Positions 27,491 through 35,617 of a stretch of DNA of 64,000 bases are shown here, piece after piece. Position 1 is the stretch's first letter. Each line of letters opens with the position of its first letter. Made by a program: the position numbers and the translations under genes. A model generated the notes under the pieces. The model searched no databases, was not told the DNA's origin, and was given only the letters and a program-made list of their open reading frames with translations. Source of the stretch: Thermoplasmata archaeon (GTDB lineage: Archaea > Thermoplasmatota > Thermoplasmata > Lutacidiplasmatales > UBA184); the NCBI GenBank assembly GCA_030040775.1, contig JASHTB010000009.1:29545-93544 (forward strand). Reading direction: 5' to 3'.

Positions 27491-27598
27491 CGTGACTCCT
27501 CTCAGGGGGGTTTCCAGCACCGAACCCTCCAAGCAGGGTCGTCTGTCTGTGGCCCGATAGCATGAGAGCGCCAGACTCGAACCCTCTAGCCCACGGCC
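27491..27598 (-). ncRNA. Candidate two-hairpin H/ACA-like guide RNA
   Basis: Two ~47-nt hairpins, each with lower stem, internal loop, upper stem and shared GAGGGUUCG-N3-CUGG, followed by ACA and ACG; pockets complementary to conserved 23S H43/H44 loop sequences. Confidence 0.5.
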
Positions 27599-27600
27599 TA

Positions 27601-30063
27601 TCACTCGAAGTCCGCGAGCCTCTTCGTTGTCGTCCGGCGCTTCTTCCGTACGTCAAGGTCGGCGAGTGGCGTATCGAGGGAGGCGGGAGGCCCGACGGCC
27701 GCGGGGGCAGGGCCCGGCTGCGCCTGACCGAGCCGCCGCTGACGGGTCCCGCCGAGGAGAGCGGAGGCATCCCAATCGAACACCTCCGTCACCCGTGCGA
27801 GCGTCTGAGCGACCCGATCTGCATAGTACTCCCAGTCCGGCTCCTTCGTGAAGGGCCGTCCCTCCACCCACGGCTCGATCCCTTGCGGGCTCTCTCGCGA
27901 GTTGGTCACGACCCAGGCGACCCGCATCCCGGGGATCACATCGTACCCTTCGGACTTGAGCTGCTTGAAGACCCGGAGGAAGGGGAGCCCTTCCCGCGTC
28001 GACTCGTTGTACTCGCTCTCGGGACGCACCGTCCGGGCGATGACCAGCCGATCGACGGGCACCTGCTTAGCCCGGACCGCGGCGACGAGCTCCCGCGCCC
28101 GCCGTACCGCTCCGTCCGTGTCCCCGCGCAGCACGAGGTCGAAGACCTCGAGGAGGGCCTCCGACTGATAGTCGAACGCGTCCGTTCGGCGGGTCTCGTA
28201 GCCGCGAACGACGAGCTCCTCTCGGGGCCAGACCGTGCGACCGACGTAGCGCTTCTTTACGCCGTGAGAGAAGAACGCCTCGTAGACCGACTGGAACTCG
28301 AAGGTGACCCCTTCGTGGGTGAACCGCTTCGCCACCGACTCGCCGAACTCGCGCGCGCCTTCGAGCGAAGCGACCGGTGAGCGGACGAAGACCGAGTCGG
28401 TGTCGGAGTAGACGACCTCGTAGCCGTCCTTCTCGAGCTCGCGGATGATGGAAGTGATCGCCTCGCGGGCGAACGCGGTGATGGCGGCACCGATCTCCTT
28501 GTTCGTGAACCGGTAGAAGCTCGAGGCGAGGACCCCGTAGAACGAGTTCATCAAGACCTTGACGGCGTTCTGCAGGCCGTCGTAGTACTCGGCGAGCTCT
28601 TTCGTCGGGGCGGACCGCTCTTCGCGGCGGAACCGGTCCCGGTCTGCGAGGAGCTCCTCGAGGATCTCGGGGATGAGACCTCGGCGAACGGTCGGGGCGA
28701 GGAATCGGGCGCCCGACGGAGCCACGGTCGTCCCTTCGGGGGAAAGGGTCGTGAAGCAGAGGTTGCGGGAGATGATGATCGAAGGGTACATCGATTTGAA
28801 GTCCAGAACCACGACCCAACGGTACATCCCCGGTCGGATCGTGTGGACGTAGCCTCCCTCGATGGGCGCCTCTCGACCCCCGTAGTGGTTCATCGGAACG
28901 CCGACACCCCGGGCGTCGGCTCGCGGGATCAGCATCGCGTCGATGAACAGGGAGGTCCGTCCGTTCATCCCCTCCTCGAGGGGGAGGCGAGCGACGGTCG
29001 CGAGATCCTCGGCTCGTTCGGTCGCTCGCAGGCGATAAAGGATGCGCAGCGCGAGGTCGGCATCGTGCTCGCAGTACTCCATGACCCGCTCCTGGTCTTT
29101 CGCCCACTCTTCGTCGATGTTGCGTCGGTCGACCGCGAGCTTCGAGTCGCCGAGCAGGGTCCGGGCGACGAACTGGAGGGTCTCCTGCTTCGGGCGCAGG
29201 TCGCGCCGTACGGACCACCACGCATCCGCGACGACCCGCCCCGTGACCTTCCAGAGCCGTTCGCCCATCTCTCTCGGGCCGGTCCGCTCCCGGCCGAGAG
29301 CGAGGACGTCGAGACCGTTCGCGCGGGCCCGCTCGACCAAGAGGGGAAAGTCGTAGCCTCCGATGTTGTATCCCGTGATCACGTCCGGGTCGTCTTCCGC
29401 GACGACCCGGACGAACTCCTCGAGGATCTTCCGCTCGCTTTCCCCCCGAAGGCGGAACGTCCTCCGTTCGCGTCCCGCTCCCTCGGCGACGCCGCAGATC
29501 GTGAAGATCGTTCTCTGGCGGATCGCGTTCTCGATGTCGAACGAAAGGACCCTTAGGGAAGGCCGGAACGCTTCGGCGGGGCGGATCTCGTGCCCGTCGC
29601 CGGTCACGACCCGCACGACCGTGGGAACGGTGTAGCGGGCCCGGACCTCCTCCGGTTCGTCCTCCGCTTCGAAGGCGACCGTGAGCCCGAGGTGCCGGTC
29701 GTAGAGGAAACGGTGAACGAACGGGATGTCGCAGGCGAGCACGCTCGCCTCGTCGCCCCGGCGTCGGTACTGCTCCCGGTACTGGGGCACGAGCCAAGGT
29801 CGGTGGAGGGTGACCCGCACGGCCGGCCGGTCCCTTCCCGCCACCCAGGCTGTGATGTCCGTCACCGCCACAACCTCGGGATCCTTCGCGAGGCGCTCGC
29901 GGTCCTCCGCGGTCGGCTCGGTGAGGACGAAGTACGGTCGGAACCCGTAGTACCGAGCGACAACGGCGGAATCCTCTCGGGTCCGCCCGAACAGTTCGAC
30001 GACCACGTCGTCCTCTCGGGCCTGGTACGAGCCCTCGAGCACGAACAATTCGACCGTTCGCAC
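27601..30063 (-). CDS. polB: Family B DNA polymerase
   Basis: SFDIE and GYNIGGYDFP exonuclease motifs; LDFKSMYPS, KVLMNSFYG, YSDTDS, KKRY; TTAA 24 nt upstream of the GTG at 30063. Confidence 0.97.
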   Translation of the reverse strand: MRTVELFVLEGSYQAREDDVVVELFGRTREDSAVVARYYGFRPYFVLTEPTAEDRERLAKDPEVVAVTDITAWVAGRDRPAVRVTLHRPWLVPQYREQYRRRGDEASVLACDIPFVHRFLYDRHLGLTVAFEAEDEPEEVRARYTVPTVVRVVTGDGHEIRPAEAFRPSLRVLSFDIENAIRQRTIFTICGVAEGAGRERRTFRLRGESERKILEEFVRVVAEDDPDVITGYNIGGYDFPLLVERARANGLDVLALGRERTGPREMGERLWKVTGRVVADAWWSVRRDLRPKQETLQFVARTLLGDSKLAVDRRNIDEEWAKDQERVMEYCEHDADLALRILYRLRATERAEDLATVARLPLEEGMNGRTSLFIDAMLIPRADARGVGVPMNHYGGREAPIEGGYVHTIRPGMYRWVVVLDFKSMYPSIIISRNLCFTTLSPEGTTVAPSGARFLAPTVRRGLIPEILEELLADRDRFRREERSAPTKELAEYYDGLQNAVKVLMNSFYGVLASSFYRFTNKEIGAAITAFAREAITSIIRELEKDGYEVVYSDTDSVFVRSPVASLEGAREFGESVAKRFTHEGVTFEFQSVYEAFFSHGVKKRYVGRTVWPREELVVRGYETRRTDAFDYQSEALLEVFDLVLRGDTDGAVRRARELVAAVRAKQVPVDRLVIARTVRPESEYNESTREGLPFLRVFKQLKSEGYDVIPGMRVAWVVTNSRESPQGIEPWVEGRPFTKEPDWEYYADRVAQTLARVTEVFDWDASALLGGTRQRRLGQAQPGPAPAAVGPPASLDTPLADLDVRKKRRTTTKRLADFE

Positions 30064-30086
30064 GGCGTTCGCGAGCCCGAGCGGCG

Positions 30087-30728
30087 TTAAGACGTCTTGT
30101 TCGAGCGGGCCTCCCACCAGCGGCGGAACTTACGAAGGTCCGCTTCCCAACGCCGGGCCCATCGGCGGGAGCGCATCGCAGCGGCGGGGTGGATCCAGGG
30201 GAAAAGGGGGGGCTCGCCCTCTTCCCGAGGAGCCCCGGCCGCCTCGAGGAGAGCGGGAGCGGTTGGGTCGAGCGACCGTAAGGCCCAGGCTCCCAGCGTG
30301 ACGATCACCTCGGGATGCAGCAACGCAAGCTGCCGGTCGAGGTACGGACGGCACGTCCGTGCCGCGGCACGGTCGAATCGGTTTTCGGGCGGACGGCACT
30401 TGAGGACGTTGAGCACTCCGTACGAGCCGTCGGCGAGCCCCACCCTTCGAATCGCCTCGTTGAGGCGCGAACCGGCTCGGCCGACGAAGGGGAGTCCGGT
30501 CCGGTCTTCCTCGACGCCCGGGGCCTCGCCCACGAACACCACGCGGGGAGCGAGGCTTCCGCGATAGACGACTGCGTTCGTCCGTAGGAATCCCAGCGGG
30601 CAGAGCCGGCAGGCGCGGATCTGCTCGGAAAGGCGCGCCCACGAGCGCCGGGTCGCGGCCGGAGCCGGAACGCTCGCGACCCGGCCGTTCGTCCGCTGCC
30701 TGCGGGCCGCTCCGCGAACGCGCGCCAT
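30087..30728 (-). CDS. Uracil-DNA glycosylase family 4 (Fe-S)
   Basis: CRLCPL, GEAPG, PFVGRAG, NVLKCRPPENR, HPAA. Confidence 0.94.
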   Translation of the reverse strand: MARVRGAARRQRTNGRVASVPAPAATRRSWARLSEQIRACRLCPLGFLRTNAVVYRGSLAPRVVFVGEAPGVEEDRTGLPFVGRAGSRLNEAIRRVGLADGSYGVLNVLKCRPPENRFDRAAARTCRPYLDRQLALLHPEVIVTLGAWALRSLDPTAPALLEAAGAPREEGEPPLFPWIHPAAAMRSRRWARRWEADLRKFRRWWEARSNKTS

Positions 30729-30814
30729 CGCCGGGTCCGATTTTCTCCGTTCCGGCGGAAAGTCGGGACCGACCTTAAATAGGGCCACCCTGTGGCTCGG
30801 CCCCTTCGCCGAAA

Positions 30815-31249
30815 ATGACACCGCCTTCCGGACTCAACACAGCGGGCCGCCTGGCCCGGCTCCGCCAGCGCCGGCGCTGGTCGGACCGCTACTACAAGCG
30901 TCGCACGCTCCATCTGAAGGAGCGGTCGGACCCGCTCGAGGGAGCGCCCCAGGCTCGAGGGATCGTCATCGAGAAGGTCGGGGTCGAGGCGAAGCAGCCG
31001 AACTCGGCGATCCGCAAGTGCATCAAGGTCCAGCTGATCAAGAACGGACGACAAGTCACGGCGTTCGCCGTCGGCGACGGAGCGATCAACTTCATCGACG
31101 AACACGATGAGGTCCTGGTCGAGGGTATCGGGGGGCGGATGGGTCGTTCCTACGGGGACATCCCCGGCGTCCGGTACAAGGTGATCCAGGTGAACAACGT
31201 CTCGCTCGACGAGCTCGTCCGGGGCCGGAAGGAGAAGCCGGCCCGATGA
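30815..31249 (+). CDS. rps12: 30S ribosomal protein S12 (uS12)
   Basis: [24 protein letters not shown]. Confidence 0.98.
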   Translation: MTPPSGLNTAGRLARLRQRRRWSDRYYKRRTLHLKERSDPLEGAPQARGIVIEKVGVEAKQPNSAIRKCIKVQLIKNGRQVTAFAVGDGAINFIDEHDEVLVEGIGGRMGRSYGDIPGVRYKVIQVNNVSLDELVRGRKEKPAR

Positions 31250-31905
31250 GCGGGAATCCCGAGCCGATCGTCGCGGTCGAGACCGGCGAAGAGCCGGGAC
31301 CGGTCGTTCAGCGGCCGCAACCGCCCCCGCCTCCGCCGTTCGCCGTGCCCCCCCTCTTCGGAAAGTACCCGTTCGAGGGGATCGAGGTCCACGACCCGGG
31401 GCTCCTGCCGTACCTGTACCTCCATCCGGTCTACGCCCCCCACTCGGAGGGTCGCCTCACCGGCCGCCCGTTCCTCAAGAGTCGCATGCACCTCGTGGAA
31501 CGTCTCGCCAACCACCTGATGAAGGGCGGCAAGTTCACGGGCAAGAAGTCGAAGGCGATCGCCACCGTCCGCAAGGCGTTCGACGAGCTCGCTCAAAAGG
31601 AAGGGAAGAACCCGCTCCAGCTCCTCGTCGATGCGGTCGAGAACGCCGCTCCCCGCGAGGAGGTAACGCGCCTACAGTTCGGCGGAATCTCGGTACCCCG
31701 CGCCGTGGATGCGTCCCCGGCTCGCCGGCTCAACGTGGCGATCCGTAACCTCGCCCTCGGGGCCATCCAGGCCTCGCGCAAGTCGACGAAGCCGATCCAC
31801 ACCTGTCTCGCGGACGAGATCCGCCTCGCCGCTCAGGGAGACCTGACCTCCTTTGCTGTGGGCCGCAAGGAAGAGGTCGAACGCGTGGCCCAGTCGGCGC
31901 GGTAG
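31246..31905 (+). CDS. rps7: 30S ribosomal protein S7 (uS7)
   Basis: [45 protein letters not shown]. Confidence 0.97.
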   Translation: MSGNPEPIVAVETGEEPGPVVQRPQPPPPPPFAVPPLFGKYPFEGIEVHDPGLLPYLYLHPVYAPHSEGRLTGRPFLKSRMHLVERLANHLMKGGKFTGKKSKAIATVRKAFDELAQKEGKNPLQLLVDAVENAAPREEVTRLQFGGISVPRAVDASPARRLNVAIRNLALGAIQASRKSTKPIHTCLADEIRLAAQGDLTSFAVGRKEEVERVAQSAR

Positions 31906-31923
31906 AGGCCGAGGAGGAGCCCT

Positions 31924-34125
31924 GTGACGCACATCCGAAGCGAGCTGGCGAAGGCCATTCCCGAGATGATGCACAGCGTCGACAAGATCCGCAACATCGG
32001 GATCGTCGCCCACATCCACCACGGGAAGACCACGCTCTCCGACAACCTGCTCGCCGCGGCGGGGATGATCTCGAACGAGCTCGCGGGTAAACAGCTCTAC
32101 CTCAACTTCGACGAGCAGGAGCAGGCGCGCCTATTGACGATCAACAACGCGGACGTGACGATCGTCCACGAGTTCGAGAACGAGAACTATCTGATCAACC
32201 TCATCGACACCCCCGGTCACGTCGACTTCGGCGGCGACGTGACCCGGGCGATGCGGGCGGTCGACGGGGCGATCGTCGTCGTCTGTGCGGTCGAAGGGGT
32301 GATGGCCCAGACGGAGACCGTCCTACGCCAGGCGCTCCGGGAGAAGGTGAAGCCGGTCCTGTTCATCAACAAGGTCGACCGCGCCATCAAGGAGCTCAAG
32401 CTCACGCCCGAATCGCTTCAGAAGCGGTTCACGTCGATCATCACCGAGGTCAACGAGCTGATCCGAAAAATGGCCCCGGAGGAGTTCGTGGACGAGTGGA
32501 GCGTCGACCCACGGGACGGGTCGGTCGCCTTCGGCTCCGGCTACGAGAACTGGGCGATTAGCGTTCCGTACATGCAGCGGACCGGCGTGAAGTTCCCCGA
32601 CATCATCGACTACGTCTCCACCGGTCGCTCGAAGGAGATTGCCCAGCGGGCGAAGATCAACGACGTCATCTTCGACATGGTCGTGCGCCACCTTCCGAGC
32701 CCGCACGTCGCCCAGCGGTATCGGATCCCGAACATCTGGAAGGGTGACATCGCCACTCCGATCGGCCAGGCGATGCTCAACACCGACTCGAACGGCCCGA
32801 CCGCGTTCATGGTCACGGACATCACGATGGACCCGAGCGCCGGCGAGATCGCCACCGGCCGCGTCTTCTCCGGGCGTCTCGCGAAGGGGATGGAGCTCGC
32901 GGTCGTCGGGTCGAAGATCCGAGACCGGGTCCAACACGTGTCGCTCTTCATGGGACCGGAGCGCCTGATGGTCGAGGAGGTCACGGCCGGTAACATCGCG
33001 GCCGTCATCGGCCTCACCGACGCCTTCGCCGGTACCACGATGGCGTCGTCTGCCGAGATGGCCCCGTTCGAAGAGATCCGGCACGTTTCGGAACCGGTCG
33101 TCACGGTCGCCATCGAGCCGAAGCGGATGGCCGACCTCCCGAAACTCATCGAGGTGATGCGGAAGATTGCGAAGGAGGACGCGAGCTTGCGGGTGGAGAT
33201 CAACCAGGAGACCGGAGAGCATCTCCTTTCGGGCATGGGCGAGCTCCACCTGGAGATCACTCAGTACCGGATCGTCAACGACTACAAGGTCGAGATCGAA
33301 GCTTCGAAGCCGATCGTCGTCTACCGCGAGGTCGTGGCCCACGCGGGAGGCCCGTTCGAAGGGAAGTCCCCGAACAAGCACAACCGGTTCTACTTCGAGG
33401 TCGAACCGCTCCCGGCGGCGGTCGTTCAGGCGATCCGGGACGGCGAGATCCCCCAGGGGAAGTCGTTCAAGGATGTGAAGACGCTCGTCAACAAGATGGA
33501 GCAACTCGGAATCCCCCGCGAAGAGGGCCGCGGGATCGTCGCGGTCGAGGGTGCGAATCTCTTGCTCGATGTCACCAAGGGCATCCAGTATCTCAACGAG
33601 ACGATGGACCTGATCGTGGACGCGTTCAAAGAGGCGATGAACCGAGGCCCGCTCGCCAACGAAAAGGTCCTCGGGCTCAAGGTCCGCCTGGTGGACGCGA
33701 AGCTCCACGAGGACTCGATCCACCGGGGGCCGGCCCAGACGATCCCGGCCGCCCGCTCGGGGATGTACGGAGCGATGGTCCTCGGGGAAAGGGTCCTCCT
33801 CGAGCCGTTCCAGAAGGCGACCGTGAACGTGCCCCAGGAGGTCCTTGCCAGCGCGACCCGCGAGCTCCAGCGGCGCCGAGGCGAGATTCAGGACATGACG
33901 AGCGTCGGCGACCTCCAGACGATCGTCGCGAAGGTCCCGGTCGCCGAGATGTTCGGCTTTGCCTCCGACATCCGCTCGGCCACCGCGGGCAAGGTCCTCT
34001 GGGCGACCGAAGCGATGGGCTTCGAGCCGGTTCCTCCGGCGCTGCAGCCGGCCGTGGTCGCCGAGATCCGTCAACGACGGGGCCTGAAGCCGGAACCGTA
34101 CGACGCGGCCTACTACGCCGGGTAG
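31924..34125 (+). CDS. fusA: Elongation factor aEF-2
   Basis: DTPGHVDF, NKVDR, GMGELHLE, SPNKHNRF and the diphthamide loop LHEDSIHRGPAQ. Confidence 0.98.
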   Translation: MTHIRSELAKAIPEMMHSVDKIRNIGIVAHIHHGKTTLSDNLLAAAGMISNELAGKQLYLNFDEQEQARLLTINNADVTIVHEFENENYLINLIDTPGHVDFGGDVTRAMRAVDGAIVVVCAVEGVMAQTETVLRQALREKVKPVLFINKVDRAIKELKLTPESLQKRFTSIITEVNELIRKMAPEEFVDEWSVDPRDGSVAFGSGYENWAISVPYMQRTGVKFPDIIDYVSTGRSKEIAQRAKINDVIFDMVVRHLPSPHVAQRYRIPNIWKGDIATPIGQAMLNTDSNGPTAFMVTDITMDPSAGEIATGRVFSGRLAKGMELAVVGSKIRDRVQHVSLFMGPERLMVEEVTAGNIAAVIGLTDAFAGTTMASSAEMAPFEEIRHVSEPVVTVAIEPKRMADLPKLIEVMRKIAKEDASLRVEINQETGEHLLSGMGELHLEITQYRIVNDYKVEIEASKPIVVYREVVAHAGGPFEGKSPNKHNRFYFEVEPLPAAVVQAIRDGEIPQGKSFKDVKTLVNKMEQLGIPREEGRGIVAVEGANLLLDVTKGIQYLNETMDLIVDAFKEAMNRGPLANEKVLGLKVRLVDAKLHEDSIHRGPAQTIPAARSGMYGAMVLGERVLLEPFQKATVNVPQEVLASATRELQRRRGEIQDMTSVGDLQTIVAKVPVAEMFGFASDIRSATAGKVLWATEAMGFEPVPPALQPAVVAEIRQRRGLKPEPYDAAYYAG

Positions 34126-34145
34126 ACCGGCTCCGGCGTCCCGTT

Positions 34146-34173
34146 CCTCCCCCTCGCGACTCGCCGAGGGAGG
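34146..34173 (+). terminator. GC-rich stem-loop after fusA (possible terminator or stability element)
   Basis: CCTCC..CTCG / CGAG-GGAGG inverted repeat. Confidence 0.35.
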
Positions 34174-34181
34174 TCGGGATT

Positions 34182-34277
34182 ACCTACTACGCGGTGTAGT
34201 CGGTTTCGACTATCGAGAACAACCTACTACAGTCCGTAGCAGGAACGGAGGCTAAGCTACTACATCATGTAGTAGAT
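34182..34277. repeat. Three tandem palindromes, consensus ACCTACTAC-N5-GTAGTAGGT
   Basis: CTACTAC at 34184, 34224 and 34257, followed after 5 nt by GTAGTCG, GTAGCAG and GTAGTAG respectively. Confidence 0.85.
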
Positions 34278-34864
34278 TTGGCCCCGCGGCGGAGCTCGAC
34301 CTCGAGAGGGAACGTCTGGTCGAGCGTCCGCTGGCCCCTGGGTCGAGGACCTTCGGCCGACCGGGAGCGGATCGGCCATGCGCCTTCGTGGTCGAGAAGC
34401 CAACGCTTGCGCCAGAGACCGAGGCCGAAACCGGTGATCGACCCGCCGGCTCCGATGACCCGGTGGCACGGCACTACGATCGGGATCGGATTGCGGTGCA
34501 TCGCCCCTCCGACCGCCCGGGCCGCTCCGGGGTAGCCGGCCTTCCGCGCGAGCTCGCCGTACGTCACGGTGCGACCGGCCGGCACGGCCCTCAGCGCCTT
34601 CCAGACGGCCCGGTCGAACATCGAGTCAGAATCGGGGTCGGGCTCGACCTCGAACTCGGAGCGCCTACCCCGGAAGTACTCTTGGAGCTGCCGGGGAGGG
34701 CTTCCAGCGGGAAACGGGGGCCGGCGGCGCACCGCGCCGGGCGGTAGGCCGGTCTGCGCGATACCGTTCTCCAAAAGGTCGACCGCGCGCACGTTGGGGC
34801 CCTGGTAGACGATACGGAAGGTGCCGATGGGGGAGGAAACGTCCGCGTAGCCAACACCGCTCAT
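34265..34864 (-). CDS. ogt: O6-methylguanine-DNA-protein-cysteine methyltransferase
   Basis: VTYGELA, ARAVG, NPIPIVVPCHRVI, KRWLLDHEG; AT-rich promoter at 34881-34903. Confidence 0.95.
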   Translation of the reverse strand: MSGVGYADVSSPIGTFRIVYQGPNVRAVDLLENGIAQTGLPPGAVRRRPPFPAGSPPRQLQEYFRGRRSEFEVEPDPDSDSMFDRAVWKALRAVPAGRTVTYGELARKAGYPGAARAVGGAMHRNPIPIVVPCHRVIGAGGSITGFGLGLWRKRWLLDHEGAWPIRSRSAEGPRPRGQRTLDQTFPLEVELRRGAKSTT

Positions 34865-34906
34865 CAGCAGGGGGAGCGGAATAGTACCATATGATTTTTT
34901 CAATCG

Positions 34907-35587
34907 CTACGGGCCTTCGAGGCCGGTCGGGGTGATGCGGAAGTCGGCGGACCCCTCAGGAAGCGATCGATGCTTGACGAGGACGACCCGACGGCGATTC
35001 CCCGGGAGCCGGTCGAAGCGAAGGATCGTCTTCGCGGCGTGGTTGAGGAACGACCCCCCGAGCGGTTCGAGCGTCCCGTCGCGGACACTGCGCCACACCT
35101 GATTCGTCAGGATTGCGGGTACGTGGGCCTTCAGGGAGGTCACGACCAGGTCGGCCACGCCGAGGGAGAGAGCCTGCCTCGCATCGTCCTCGTCCGGGCC
35201 CGAGAGGGACAATCGGTAGAAGTGCGTCCCCGAATCGACCACGAGGAGACCGACCGGCCGCTTTCCCTCGCGTGCGAGCGCGCACGCCGTCGCCACCGCC
35301 CGCTCCTGCTCCTCGAGGTTCGTCGGCGTGGACAAAAGGAACCGCTTCAGGATCCGGTCGAGACCATCCCCTGCGACGGCCCGCAGGCGGTCGACGCTGA
35401 CCCCTTCGGTGTCGATGTAGAAGACCCAGCGGCCCTCCCTCGCGACCCGGACGGCTACGTCGAGGCAGAAGAGCGTCTTCCCGCTCCCTCCCTCCCCATA
35501 GATCTCCGTGAGCGAGTCGGTCTCGAGGCCGCCGTCGAGAAGCCGGTCGACCGACACAATACCGGTCGAGAGGCGGTCGGCGGGCAC
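34907..35587 (-). CDS. radB: DNA repair protein RadB
   Basis: LLDGGLE, GEGGSGKT, YIDTEG, TNQV and the RadB-specific KHR triplet. Confidence 0.94.
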   Translation of the reverse strand: MPADRLSTGIVSVDRLLDGGLETDSLTEIYGEGGSGKTLFCLDVAVRVAREGRWVFYIDTEGVSVDRLRAVAGDGLDRILKRFLLSTPTNLEEQERAVATACALAREGKRPVGLLVVDSGTHFYRLSLSGPDEDDARQALSLGVADLVVTSLKAHVPAILTNQVWRSVRDGTLEPLGGSFLNHAAKTILRFDRLPGNRRRVVLVKHRSLPEGSADFRITPTGLEGP

Positions 35588-35617
35588 GAGCGCCCGAGGA
35601 GGGCGTGAGAGCTTAAT

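Noticed and set aside
27571-27590. GAGGGTTCGAGT as a tRNA T-arm fragment or att site
   Set aside because: No complementary T-stem, acceptor stem or integrase.
27438-27600. Short ORF after polB with PIP-like RQTTLLGGF (alternative PolB C-terminus by frameshift)
   Set aside because: No slippery site, PolB already ends in a PIP-like motif, and the tandem RNA structure explains the region better.
34182-34277. Palindrome cluster as a CRISPR mini-array or ORB origin
   Set aside because: The variable part is inside the repeat, gaps are only 10-17 nt, no cas or cdc6 gene is nearby, and it does not match the ORB consensus.
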